From: Raillietiella orientalis
Taxonomy: Eukaryota
Assembly: GCA_036172245.1 (NCBI GenBank)
Contig: JAYWIR010000015.1
Location: 310,001 to 374,000 of the forward strand
DNA: 64,000 nt
Direction of reading: 5' to 3'
This document shows positions 50,081 to 62,463 of the stretch, piece by piece. The first letter of the stretch is position 1; each line of letters starts with the position of its first letter. The translations under genes and the position numbers were made by a program. Under the pieces are notes generated by a model. That model made no database searches. It worked only from the letters and a program-made list of their open reading frames with translations, and was not told where the DNA came from.

Positions 50081-53000
50081 TTCAGCAAATGGTACGTCCC
50101 AGGCAGCATCCACACTTGCACGGCCTAACTGTTCCGTTCTTCTAATCTCTGATGCTCAAGACAAATGCTCAATCTCTTCCCTATAGACATATTTCCGCCG
50201 TGATTCAGTGGATCCAAAGGTCCCTCTCGAAAAAGCTCTCATTTTCTCAACTATCCTATTATTCCCTCCTGCATTGAATGTCATTTGCTTACACCAATAA
50301 AGTGTGTTTCACCAAGGAGGCGGCTTCAGGAAACAGCCTTCATCTTTCAGGCATGCCTAGTTCCATCGGGCAGCTGGATTCCATAAATATTCCTATGTAT
50401 CTCGTTTCAAATTTATCTAGTTCGGAATTCCGATCTCACCGCTTCATTTTCAGTCGTGGAGTTTTCCATCTTCTCGTAGTTATGTTCTTCCATTTCATCG
50501 TCATCTGGTGCTCTGAAACAGTCCGAAGGTAGATCTCACAATTGATTATGTGATTATCTTGTTACTCACTCGATCACTTTATACAAATCATTTGGGTTTG
50601 ACAGATCGCTGTGGTGCATCTCAGAGACATTTAATTTGTAGGATACACGAATCGTTTTCCCGTGTTGGCTTTCTCTCGAGGAATTTGCAGCATTCATTTA
50701 CTGACGAGCAATCTGCTTTTTTTTTTTTTTTACAAACTCTTTTTCCGTGTTCCCGCCCGGCATACGGCACAAATTGATGGGATAGCAGCCAGGTTTCTCT
50801 CTGCTTCTTTCGAAGATTCACATCCTTACACTGAGTACTTCACAGGGAGAGGAACAACGCATGATGAGTTCCTCCATAGTATCTACCATTAGATAACTTT
50901 CTTGCGTATCATCTGAAGGAAACTCAAACTCATCCGAAGCCCATTCCGGGTAACAGCCCTATGTTTTATGCTGCTCGATAAATGAGGAGAACGGGATCGA
51001 AAATAATGAGACGGAAAAATGAATTTTCGTTTGCATCATCCTGATGAGAGCCGAAAAAACTTCCTCAGATGACGAATGAAGGAAGGACGAAACAAAGGAC
51101 CATTCCTGATCGAAAACTCTTGGGCAGGGTGACTCGAAACAAAAAGGGAAAAAAGGAAGCATACAGTGCCCATAGGGTGAGATCAGAAGCCAGAAACTTT
51201 CAAGGGAGCATGTCGACTGCAGAGAGGAGAAGAGCATCCACCGAAAGTCAGCTTTCAAGGGGGGAGGACTTCACTTTTCCGACCGATCGATGGCTGCTCA
51301 GTGAGCAGTCAGTTTGTCTCGTGAGATTTCCAATACGAAGGGAGCTGCTGTTTTTCCGAAGGAGAAAACATCCTGGCATCATCAAGAGATCCTCAGAGCC
51401 TCGCTTGCGTGCATTCTCGGAAGTACCTCCGAGGCACTGGCTGTGTGTTAACGATGATAATTTGGCGAGGATGGGGTTCTCAGCCCCATCGCCCAGCGAC
51501 GACGACGTGAGGAATTCGTTCGACCTGATCTTGTTCCACGTGTAGTTCACATGAAGCGAACGCGTGCTGCTGCTGCTCCCAGAGGTCATGATCTTCCGGG
51601 CAGACTACCCAAACCTTAACAGCATTTCATTTTTGAGTGAACCACGCGGCCTGCCTCCAAAATGAGATTTTTCCGAAAGCCAACCATGTATCTCCAGCAT
51701 GCTACGCTGCACAAATAGCAAATTGATCTCAATCAGTGCTCCAAAATTCCTGCATTCTCAAGGAATGGAACCAGCAGGGTTTTTTTCTTTTTTTTTTTTG
51801 CTGACCACGTGTCTTCACACGAACTGTTTCGAGAGCAGTTTTCCATCATCAGTAAGCTCAGCGTGAAAGAATCGATCACCAGGAATTCGAGACAGACCGC
51901 ATTCGGATCAAGATCGGTAAAGAATATACACATCTTTCTGATTATTCTTTTTCTTGCCACAAAAACTAAAAGGAACGCTAATTTTGCAATTGTACCCTCA
52001 AAGACTATCTTCCATTTTTCGAACTCCTTTAACTCCTCCAATAAATCAAGCCTGAAATTTCTAGCTCCTCAAGACAGGGTGCTGGCATTCCAGAATGATC
52101 AGTTAGGATTTCCCGATAGGTGAACCTGAAAATCCTAGGTGTTCCAGTAAAGCACCAGGAACTTCCTCCGTTCTTGATTGAGCAGGGCGACTTTGATCCG
52201 TTCATCGGGAAACGGAAGCAGACGGGTCTGAAATACCTGGAAGTGTAAAAAATAAGATCAAATAAAATGAAAATCGAATCTCGATTGCGATGCGATGCTG
52301 ACGAGTGCAGGTCATGCTGTAAAGGTGGACCAGCATCCTTGTCCTGTCCCCACAACATTAAGTCGTGAGGAAGAATAACAGTCGCATGATTTACAAGGGC
52401 TCGTGTTTTGACTGCCTGATCCACAAGGCCGCAATGTAATTCCGATTCCTGATTGTGTTCAATGGGATGCTTTCCTGACAACCAATGTCTTGCGTTGCCT
52501 TTTACAGGGTTTTTTTCTTTTTTCAAAAATCCTCGAAAGCCTTGAGCCTTGCCCTTTTCAGAACGCTGGTAAGAACGGGGGGTCCGGGCGCAGTCCTCCA
52601 CACTCAGCAAGAACGGGATTCACTCCTTCGCTGTCCGTGGTGGTACTTGCGTTTCCTCTCGAATCGCGCAAGAAGGCAACGCGTACTCAAATGAGAATCA
52701 CTTCTCCATGATATGACCACGTAATTGCCTTTCAGCTAGCTGTCACATCCCGTCCAGTCCGCTTCTGTATCAAATGGAGAATGCTAATCGAGAACCTTGA
52801 TTTATGGGTATTAATCAGGATCCCGCAGTTCCTCACCTTTGGAGTTTCTGCGGAATGGTGAGTTGCTTCCTCGCCGCTTCCTGCACGGCGAGCAGATGGA
52901 CTCTTCGAGAATTTCTTCAAGAAGATACTGCTGCAGAGAAGCAAGAGGATCTCCAAACAGGAAAACAAGTCATTATTTCGAGGGCTTTTTTTTTTTTTTC

Positions 53001-53399
53001 CTGAATTTCCGAGGTGAAATCCCAACTTCGTGCATGATACGTATTGGATCCGGACCCGTCCGTGTTCACTTGCTGCTCGAGGATCTCATCGTGACGATTT
53101 TGCTGCGCCGCTGTGTTGAGTCGGCAGAAATGCCTTCCCGGAAAAAATCGACAAAAAAGAGCAAACCAAAGGTGGCGAAGCTTGCTGAGCATCTAAGTTT
53201 TTTGGCTTGTTTCTCCGCAGCCACACGTGCCACAATGGATCGTTGTTTTATGCCAGCTGCATGCACATCACACATAACTCTCTCGTGGAATTTCATAACA
53301 GCTTGCTCTCATAACAAGCAAAGAGTAAAGATTCTGCTTGCGGAAGATTCTGGCCGACAAAAAATAAAAAAAAATGCCCTGGTTGAAAGGAAGCAACTT

Positions 53400-54900
53400 T
53401 CTTCCCTCCGGGATGCCAAAATCCTACTTTGGAGATTCCCTTTGCAAGCATCTTGCTTTGTTCTTCCCGCTAAAAGTTCTTGACATTAAGGATTCTGGAG
53501 GGATTTTTCCTCCAGGAAGTAGTGCGATCCTTACTACGTTTATCTCTTTGTCCATCTTGGTTCCACTCCAACGTAGACCACGCTTGGATGCGTTCATCTG
53601 GCTCGCTCCATGATGTTAGTTCTCCCTGGTGATGATTTTCCGTCCGTTAAATGCTTCTGTTCGAAAGACAATGGAATTACTCTTCCTTGTACCTCTTCTG
53701 ATGCTCTTTTACTTCAAAAAGTTTCTGCAAGCAGACGACGCATGCGTTCGTCCGCCTGCGTTTCCAGATCACATTTTGAACACCGATCCGAAAGACCGGG
53801 TCGAGGCAGATTTTGATAGGAAGCAGCACGAATCTGTCGTGTCACAGCAGACTCAAGAACTCCCGTTCGTGATCCTTCCACCTTCCAATAAGCACGAAGT
53901 GATCTCCAAAAGGTTCGTGAAAGAAAGACATCAAAATGCAGAACACTGCTTGTGCTTTGTACTGCATGGTTATTTCAGATCACTTCTCAGTGATGAATTA
54001 AGACGAATCAAGAGTCAGGCTGGACCATGGTGAACGCATTCACTTTACGGGTCTTGGGAGACAGTTGTTTCCGAGACCTGCATCGCACCTGGCGACGGGA
54101 AGCCTGCATATCCACGAGCGCAAAAATGGCTCATCCACTAGAAATCGTGAGTTGAATGGGGTATGCAAGAAGGCCCCATGCCTGCACCGCGCACCATTTC
54201 ATGCGGTGCAAGCGCGGCACTTTATTCTTCCAGGATAAGCCTGTCCTTTGCATAGCGCTTCCAATCTAAGAGAGGACGCAAACGTATCCGTCTAGCCTGA
54301 CCGGCATTCCCAAACTTGCCCGCGCTGGAGGTTGCGGATGCTTTTCACAGAAGCTGGAAATCCTCCTTCACCGACCCATCCTCGATAGGTAGACTCTCAG
54401 AGGCTGAGTCCGGTGCTGGAAATCGTTCGTAGAAACCCCCCAAGACTTTTCAGAGTGTCCGGGGGACGCAGTGAAATGCGATGCGCATCGGTTTCTAGCG
54501 ATGTGTCACGCTGGCTGTCTAATAATGTCTCCGGGCCTTTCTAGAAAAGCTAGAAACGCAATTGGTTCCACCATCTGCTCATTCTTTCGCCCGAAAGGAA
54601 GACCTCCGCACCGTTTCCAACGTCCCCGAGCCGGGAGAGCTCCGCATGGGCCGACACGCGTGAACCCTGCGCGATTCCGGCCAGGACCGAGTGTCCCTCC
54701 TGCCCCCCTTGCCTTCTGCTCGCTCTGGGGCATGCAAGAATCCTCCTGCCCGCAGAACCCCGCGACGCTTCCCGAGGCCTTCCCGTCGCCACCGCCCCGG
54801 TGATGGAAAATTCCTCCTGACATCCGTCGGTTCTCTGCGCGAGCGTTCCCGCGAAAGGAGCCCTTCCCGAATCGGCGGCGCGTCCTTCCCGACGTCTCAC
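53400..54900 (-). mobile_element. Decayed L1/Tx1-like 5' portion (GC-rich 5' region, ORF1 zinc knuckle, endonuclease)
   Basis: ASSLRLEALCKGQAYPGRIKCRACTA*NGARC at about 54185-54280 (P..L......Y.GQ...C..C). EN-like FDVFLSRTF, GSRTGV and NHHQGELT (I.GDFN) lie at 53600-53950. Confidence 0.45.
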
Positions 54901-55934
54901 GTGTGACAAAACACGCTCTTCGGTGTGTGCCGGGGCTGCTGGCCGCCGCTAAGTGTTTGCTGCTTAGGAACGGACTTTCCATTTGCGCGGTTCCGTGTTT
55001 ACATTGCTTTACGCTTTTTCGCTGCTTTCATTTGTCACTGCCTCTCTCAATCCGCTCCATATTCCGAAATTTTTTTTTTATTTCGGTTTTAGGATCTAAT
55101 AGATACGGGAGAGAAAACAGAATCATCTGTCTAATGCACCTCCGCAGCTGTTGCTATTATTCCCTTCAACAGCAACTCTACGCGAGCGTTTTCATGTGTG
55201 TATGTATATATATATATATTTCGAGTTTCCAGTCTCGGCGCATTTCCGTACGAATCTGCTCGAAATCTTTTTTTTTTTTTTATTTTTTCTAAATACCCAC
55301 AACGCATGTGAAATCTCCACGACGACCACGCCGCAAGAAAATGACAATCTCCTGCGGACAAAAGCAGAGATTATTAACGGTGCCTGAGCCCAGCTGTCGA
55401 AATACCATCTTCCTTCGATCTATCCTCCATAAAAGCGAAAAGTAGAAATAAAAAGGAAAAAATTTTCCAAAAAGTTAAATTACCTGCCTGGCTGACGTCA
55501 CGGCCTCCTCAACTTACCGAGCCGCACAATTCCTAAGCACTATTGTCCGTATGAATGGAATCTTACAAGAATTTCAAGTGGTGCTTAAGGGTCCATAACA
55601 AAAGAGGGAGAGCTCGAACTGGTGCAGGCATTCGGAACATGGTAGATTGGCGCGTTGGTCGTACTGCGATATCTGCGAGCGTACGCTGCGGGCAGAAGTG
55701 AAGCGGCTCGAAGTGTGTACCTTTTTTTTTTTTTTTTTTGTACATGGCGTTGTAGCCATATCGGTGTGATGGCGGAGTGTGCTTCCGGTTGCTAATTTAA
55801 TGGCAGCCTCGTGTTAATCCGGATGGGTCCATACTGTGCAAGAGGACGGAATCCGATTCCCGACGATTTGGAACAGTTCTAAAAAAAAAAAAAAAAAAAA
55901 AATAGGAACCATTTCGTTTCGTTTCCATCGGAAA

Positions 55935-56026
55935 ATGTGGAAAACCACAGTCGTGGTGTGGATTTTAATGCGAAGTGTCATCTGCTCGAAGCTGTTCGTG
56001 GTTCACTGGAACTCCTCGAATCCCAT
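55935..56026 (+). CDS. Ephrin: Ephrin coding exon 1 (signal peptide and start of ephrin domain)
   Basis: ATG at 55935 gives MWKTTVVVWILMRSVICSKLFVVHWNSSNP: a short hydrophobic leader followed by the ephrin V-x-W-N-S-S-N-P motif. It ends at a phase-2 donor AT|gtaagt that joins in frame to the next exon (AT+A = Ile). Confidence 0.88.
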
Positions 56027-58447
56027 GTAAGTGGAAAAAAAAAAAAAAGAAGCATTTTTTTTCTCCCGGTTTTGTTCATCCGTCGCGTGAAAGCCACCGT
56101 CATCAGCTGTTTATTGGGACCGCTGTACATACATGTGCTCCTTGTGTGCCTGGATGTGCGTTGATCTAAAAGTTAGGATCCAGCCCTTCTGGGCTAAAGT
56201 CGCGAGTGCGAGACCCTCGCAAGGTGGCAAAAACGAACCTCTGGTTTCTCGGTACATCTACTGTACACCACAGTCAGGGCCAAAGCTGGGTCACCTGAAT
56301 GCAATTCTTCCCTTTGAAAGCCCCCCCCCCGTACGTTCGAGATTCGCGTTTCTTTTCTTACTTCTTTTTTTCCCGTCTCCGCGGCAGCGATCTCGCGAGC
56401 GATTCGTCTTCCGGGAGAGCATCCTACTCTTTCAGGATAGGCATTTTCTCCACGATAATTTTTGCGAGTCGGATGCACTTTGTGCCAATAAATGTCCCGA
56501 GGCGGCGCATTTGCGCGCGAGAGCCAGCTTTTAATTCGCGCCCGGTTGTTCCCTGCGTTGGCGCCCGAGAGTGCCCGCCTGGCAACACTCGTCCGTCCAG
56601 GTGTGGCGGCGCAGGTATGACGCGGATTTTAGCGCTGGACCAGTTTCTGCTCCTGAACGATGCACGACAGCTTTTCTTTCTTTCTTTCGTTTTTTTTTTT
56701 TTTTTATTCCCTCCAGGTTCGTACGAGACCGCAGTGACTTTTTTATGATGATTCATTAAATTTACTGCCATTTTCCCGAACAAACGCATCCATTATTTAC
56801 GGAGGGTGCATCTCTCGCACTTGAAATACCACCAGGGAGCGCGTTTGCATCATCTGAAAAATTGTTTCCTGCGAAAAGAATTTCGAAATTATGCAAAACG
56901 CAGTGATGTTTTATTTACCCTGGGCGGCGTGTTCCTCTCCCAAGTGCTCGCGAGAGTTCAGCGGGATCGTTCCAGGAGAAATGATGCTTGGAATAATTGC
57001 GATTGATGACGATCTAAACGGGAGAGACCTGCCTTTTATGCGAAGTCGCCTTTGACTCGCATTCGCGAGGGGCCACTGCTTACAGGATGGGGGGGGGGGA
57101 TAGTAGGGAGGACGGAAAACATGATCCACATCGCTTCGATCCAATGATTTGACGCGTCGATCACTTAAATGGGGATTCGTCATCAGGACGGCTCTGGATG
57201 AATTCGTGCTCAGGACAGAAGTGTCCTCTTTCTTCCGTGTTATGCATTCCCTGTTCCTAACGAGCCGGGATGGACCCCTATCCGGGAAGGTATTCCGGTT
57301 GTCCACTGTGGTCGTGTCGAGTTGACAACCTGTCCACGCGAAAAGAGGACGTCAGGCTCACGGAACGGGTTCTGTTCCTTCCCAGTTTCCGTCGAGTCGT
57401 TCTGGAAGTTGCCCACTGCAACTCCCGTGGCACCACGAAGCCTTGAAATTCGGAAAGTTGCAGAACGGCGGTGAACCCGCGATGAAGACGTTGCGCTTCC
57501 CTGGAAACCCGCGGGAGAGACAGCCAGGTTGCCACGGGAGCATTTTGTTTTTTTCCTTCTTCTTTGTTTCTTTCTTTCCCGCAAGAGCTCGAGGAAGATT
57601 AATTAGCTCGAATGCCGAATTCCCGACCGAGAAAACAAGGCTCACCCCATCAGGTCGTGCTCAGGCAACGCTGTCCTCCGGAGCGTTCCTTCCTCCGCCA
57701 TTCCGTTCCAAGAGCGTCATCAACGGAAAAGAAAAACATGCGAACGCGTTTTCTTCTTCCCGGCGCTGATACACGTGATGATGCAGGTGACATCCAGGAT
57801 TCCCGAAAATTGAAAAGATCTTTGATGAACTTTGAAAGCTATATTTCCTAAATGCCCCTCGAAGTCATGGAGATTCGCTTTTCTCCCAGGCGATCTCTTT
57901 CATCCCCGCATAGGTGGATTAGGAACGGAGAACACATGCTGTTACGCTGAATGAGCAAACATAACGAGTTCTTCTTCTTCCTCGCCATTCTTGCTCTCTC
58001 ACTTCTTCGACCCCAAACGTCCCCGCAACAAGAGTGCAGCAGGGAGTCTCCCTCGAAACCCTGCAATTCACGCATTCGTCTCACCGCTTGGCTTTGTTCC
58101 CCCCTTCCAAAGTGTTCGCCCCCATTTCAAGGACCTGAAAGTTTATCAATTTCGGATCGGAATGCGCGCGCTCCGAGCAGCCCAGTAGTCCTCAGTCATC
58201 ATTCTCGAGATTGCTCCGCGTGTTCCGCGTGATGCGCGGCGGCGGCCGCGAAGCGCGAGAGAGGACCGGGGGGGAAGAAGGGAGGGAGGGAAGAGGGGCA
58301 GGGGCAGACATGCCTGGAACGCACGGGTTCCCCCTCGGACGAGAAGACAGGGAGGTGAGGGGAGGGGGAAGGCGATAGGTCGACACTGACCTGCCTCGAG
58401 ACGGGAAAACCGAATTCCGGCTTCATTCCATCTTCTCTTTCCCCCAG

Positions 58448-58589
58448 ATTCGAGATCGACAACCGCCACCACATATTCGAGGTCAACAAAAACAACCTTC
58501 CCTTCGAATATGACCAGGTCAACATAATCTGTCCAGTGTACTCTCCAGGAACAAAGCACGCGGACAAGGAGGAATACATTATTTACAAC
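58448..58589 (+). CDS. Ephrin: Ephrin coding exon 2
   Basis: Pyrimidine-rich acceptor tctttcccccag|A. Encodes (I)FEIDNRHHIFEVNKNNLPFEYDQVNIICPVYSPGTKHADKEEYIIYN, matching arthropod ephrins (FxIDN..H..VN.GN..FE.DQV.IICP.Y). Phase-0 donor AAC|gtaaat. Confidence 0.96.
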
Positions 58590-58908
58590 GTAAATACAAA
58601 AGGCTCCTCTTTGGTCTTGTGTACGTGCGAGTGGCTGCGTGTGGCGCGTGCAAAGGAAGCTGGCTGGCTGGGGATTCCTCCGCGGTCGACAGACGGCCGT
58701 CCCCAAATAGCCAGGTCATTTCGTCGGAGCCGACCGCTGCCTTCCACCTTGTCACGGATTTCTGCATTAATCACGTTGACAGCAAAACACGGGAGCGGAA
58801 CTCCGGCCTCCATCTGCAAGTGAATGCGAAAGGGGGGAGAGGCGGAACGCGCGCAGTCCCCCCTTGGCAGAGTTCGGCGATTGACCGGGGACCCCGCATC
58901 CTTTTCAG

Positions 58909-59077
58909 GTGTCCAAGGAAGAGTACGAAACTTGTCGAATCACGAACCCCAACCCCAGAGTGATAGCGATCTGCGACAAGCCCCACAAGACGATGTACTT
59001 CACTATCACTTTTCGCTCTTTCACTCCGCAGCCCGGAGGTTTCGAGTTTCGACCGGGGCAGGATTACTACTTTATCT
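58909..59077 (+). CDS. Ephrin: Ephrin coding exon 3
   Basis: Acceptor cttttcag|GTG. Encodes VSKEEYETCRITNPNPRVIAICDKPHKTMYFTITFRSFTPQPGGFEFRPGQDYYFI, which includes the receptor-binding G-H loop (FTPQPGGFEF). Phase-1 donor T|gtgagt. Confidence 0.97.
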
Positions 59078-59605
59078 GTGAGTATCCCTGCGATCCGACC
59101 CCGCTTTTGCACGGAACTCCTCCTCGCCTTCTGTACATGCGTGTACGGCGTGTACAAAACCGAAGCGCCCCTTCCGAACCTCTCCCTTGGGTGTTTGATG
59201 CCTCCTCCTGGCGTGTGCGCGCCTTCGCGCTCACCGAGGAGTGATGCGGCAGCAGCAAGTCCGACTGCAAATAGAGTTCTCCTCCTCCTCTTTTTTTTTT
59301 TTTTTTTTTTTTTGCGTGTGTGTCCTTAAGGAACTGTAGTAATTAGAACAATGGAGCTGTCTAATGGGTTCTCTCAAACTCTCGTATCTGGGTCCTGAGT
59401 TTGGAGATGGAGATTATGTTTCGGGAAGGGAAAAAATAAACCTGCTTTGCTGTTTGAATAGGATGGAAGCAGCATCTCGATAGTTATTTTTGCTCCAAGA
59501 ACCCCGTTGCTTTCGAATTTTTGCCATCTGCGGTTCTCCGGGAAGAGCTCCTTGTCTTTTCACCACCGAGGCTTGCAGGACTCTTGACAGAGAGGGTACT
59601 GGCAA

Positions 59606-59619
59606 CGCGCGCGCGCGCG
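59606..59619. repeat. (CG)7 dinucleotide run in ephrin intron 3
   Basis: cgcgcgcgcgcgcg, immediately followed by (TTTA)n and T8A7. Confidence 0.9.
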
Positions 59620-59973
59620 GACTTATTTTATTTATTTATTTATTTTTTTTAAAAAAAGGCTCGTTTTGCGCGGCATGCACCTTTTGAGGCCCGCATGCAT
59701 GAGCATCCGTAATGCACTGTGGACACCGTACTCGCAGACACCAAGCAGCGAAACCAACGTGTGGTCCGTGCTTTTTTGGGTAAATTTCCTTCTCCGTGTT
59801 TCGGCCCCCCTCCCCACGCTTCCCCACCGTAGGCCTTTAAAAGGCTGGATGCTGCCCGCGCATGTCTTCCTCGAATTAATCAGATGCCTACCCTCGCGAA
59901 CCTCGTGATAATGCAGCGGTTCTCATGGGATGCATTTGGATGTAGGTGTCTCACGTGATCCTTCCTGTTTTAG

Positions 59974-60084
59974 CGACTTCAAGCAAGGAAGACTTGCACA
60001 AGAGAGTAGATGGGCACTGCAAAAGCCACCACATGAAAGTCATCTTCAAGGTGTGCTGTAAGAAACCAGAAAGCGTGTTAACAG
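59974..60084 (+). CDS. Ephrin: Ephrin coding exon 4 (end of ephrin domain)
   Basis: Acceptor cctgttttag|CG completes Ser. Encodes STSSKEDLHKRVDGHCKSHHMKVIFKVCCKKPESVLT (STS..G.C...MK motif, fourth conserved Cys). Phase-1 donor G|gtaggc. Confidence 0.95.
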
Positions 60085-61599
60085 GTAGGCGTTTTTCGAT
60101 CTCCTTTCCATCCTCAGCCCAGCTTCCACCAAACAACCCACCGCCCTCCCCGACCATTTGATCCCACAGTGCGGCGTAATTCCCCTTCGAATTTATTAAG
60201 TGAAATTATCGTGCTCGGTGTCCAGGTTAATTATTCATCAAGTCCATTACTCAAGTTGGACTCGCAGTTGAGGAAACCCACCTCTGAAGTGCCTTGTCAT
60301 ATCGAACAGATCACCTTGACTGGCCAGTGGCTTTTTTGGCTTGCCGCACTCGCACGCACGAGTTGGCGCACGGGAGCGCCTTGCTTGCCCAGAGCACTGT
60401 CCAGATCCCGGGATTGGCTCGCAGCTCCCATCTTCTATGCGGGATGGGTTGAGCGTTCACTTCCTGTTCCAGCTGCGGAGCGTTAACCAGGATTACGGCA
60501 TCACGTACACGCGTGCTTTGCCCAGCATGCAGGGATGCACTCTGCTCCCTCGTTCGCGCTCTCGGAGGGGCACCCGGAGCACAGCCACGCGCGTGTCAGT
60601 TGGTGCGTCGCCCGCGCAAGCACCAAGGCGAGCTATCAGAAAGGACGGGGGGGGGGGAGAGTAATGCAACTGTCTCCGCGCTTTTCCTCTCCTCTCAAAA
60701 GAAAATTCCTCCGCTCTTGTACCATCAAACAGGATTTCGAATTTATTGGTTGTTGGGGAATTTGCAATCCTTTTGTAATGAAGGCAATCGGTGGTCCCCC
60801 TTGTGACAGGCAGTGGCGTTCTTCTCCGCTGTGCGCGTTTTCGAGCATCCGCGTGCGCTTCGCGACAACTTTTCGGTACGGAGAGCTTTGCTTCTTTTGT
60901 TTCAAATTATATGGCGTTAGCGGCTGCGAAGGGAGCCTCCCATGCTCCTCGAAAACCTGTTTATTAAGAGCCAGTGGCTCCTTCCTGCGGATTCCTGTTG
61001 CTCCAAGCCTTTGATGGGCAGTGGCCAAACTTTCGCGGCTGATATGCAAGAACGTATGAGACGTGCTCCGAGCGTCGGTTGATTCTCTGAAGGCATTTGC
61101 ATATGCAAACTGGCGGAATCCGCAGTTTCGGGAGCGACGGTTCGCCGGGCTTTCCCTCTTGCGACCGTCGGAGCCCGGCAAGAGGAAGTCCCGAAACAGA
61201 AAGGGAATGTTTGTAGGTCGTGATTCCAGTTAGTTCGCTCGCGCGCAAGCAAGAAGGTGCGCATCTGCGCGCAATCTCTTTCGCGGATACCAATTAGCGT
61301 CTGCAAGAAAGGAATGATGCTCTCCAAAGACTTCAACTGCTGAACCGGACTTTCGTCTCGAAAGTGGGAGATATGTGTTTCTTGCGATTGCTGGAGGATT
61401 CAGTTTCGCTTATGCCTTCCGATCGCCTCGGACCACAGTTGTATAAGAGCTTTCGAAGCGATCGTGGGGCTTACATCCGTTTCCTCTGTTGGATAGCCCT
61501 GCTTTTGTGTGTGTTTGTGTTTTTGGAATATCCGTTCCTCAAGAGGCTGCAAACCTGCTCGGGAATCTCTTCGCAGAAGCGTGCTGAATGCCTTACCAC

Positions 61600-62060
61600 C
61601 TTCCAGTGCACTGCGTGGATCATGCAAGGTGGACCGGCGCGATACGTGTCCTGGTAGATAGTGGTGGTTCCAACGTCTCCGGTCCTTGAGACCATCCTTT
61701 GAAGAACTCCATTCCGTTGGTATCGCGAGTTTTGGTCACAAGTATGCTGACCAGCAGAGCTGGCACAGCTGGAAGTATCAGCTGCAGGTCCAGCAGTGGT
61801 TTCTTCGTTCTGCAGACTGCCTAACTCCTGCTTTTCGAAGCAACGCAAGAATCGTCGAGCACTCAGCATCCATGAGCATCTCGCCAATCCATTATTTTTT
61901 TCGATTGCGCGCATTCATTACTTTTACGCGTTTCACGCTTTCGAGATCAGCACTTTTGTTGGACAAACCTCATCTTGTACTTCATTCAGAACGGTACATT
62001 TTCTTTGACGTGCTGTCAAAAGCCGTTTCGAAATGTCGAAAGACATTGCTTGGTCCAGTG
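61600..62060 (+). mobile_element. RT N-terminal remnant downstream of ephrin exon 4 (probably intronic)
   Basis: RTPFRWYREFWSQV (LP.E.Y..FW), KQRKNRRALSI (KNWRPISL) in the same frame, and YIFFDVLSKAV (LD.EKAF). Confidence 0.45.
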
Positions 62061-62463
62061 TAAGAAAATAATAATGCAGCTATTCTCGCAGTTTATAAAT
62101 GACATGCTAATGGATTCGACAGAAGTGCCAGGTATTTAGCGTCTCTTTCCTGACAGGATTAGACGCGCAAAACCAACAAAAATCAACCTGGAGACGTCAG
62201 TGTCTCTGATGCATGCGCCTGACACAGTTATTCGATATCCTCAGCTTTTGTTCGTATCGAGACGAGGAGGCTTCTAGCAGCCCGCAGAACGTTTTCCCCG
62301 CCTGGAACTCTGGACACCCTTCATACATTGGTACATGCCGTGTTTGCGCGCACATCGGGTGAGAGGCACGAAACACCTACCTACTTTCTTGTGTCCGCGG
62401 TGATGTGTTTCTGACAGACTCGGGAATGGGGTTGAAGAGAACCATCGAGATTTTTTTTTTTTG

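Noticed and set aside
51036..51072. Minimal hammerhead ribozyme (tcatc CTGATGA gagcc GAAA ... gatga)
   Set aside because: The core boxes and a potential stem I are present, but there is no stem III and no U-H cleavage dinucleotide directly before stem I.
55836..55934. Non-AUG N-terminal extension of ephrin (in-frame GTG at 55836)
   Set aside because: The frame is closed by TAA at 55815 and runs through a long poly(A) (poly-Lys). The ATG at 55935 already gives a plausible signal peptide.
57250..57450. Endonuclease remnant in ephrin intron 1 (VAVGNFQ ... WTTGIPSRIG, - strand)
   Set aside because: Only two short, degenerate motifs, too weak to list as a feature without a profile search.
59078..59244. 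Continuation of ORF 58909-59244 as ephrin coding sequence
   Set aside because: Ephrin similarity stops at YYFI, a canonical gtgagt donor follows, and the motif resumes (STSS) at 59974.
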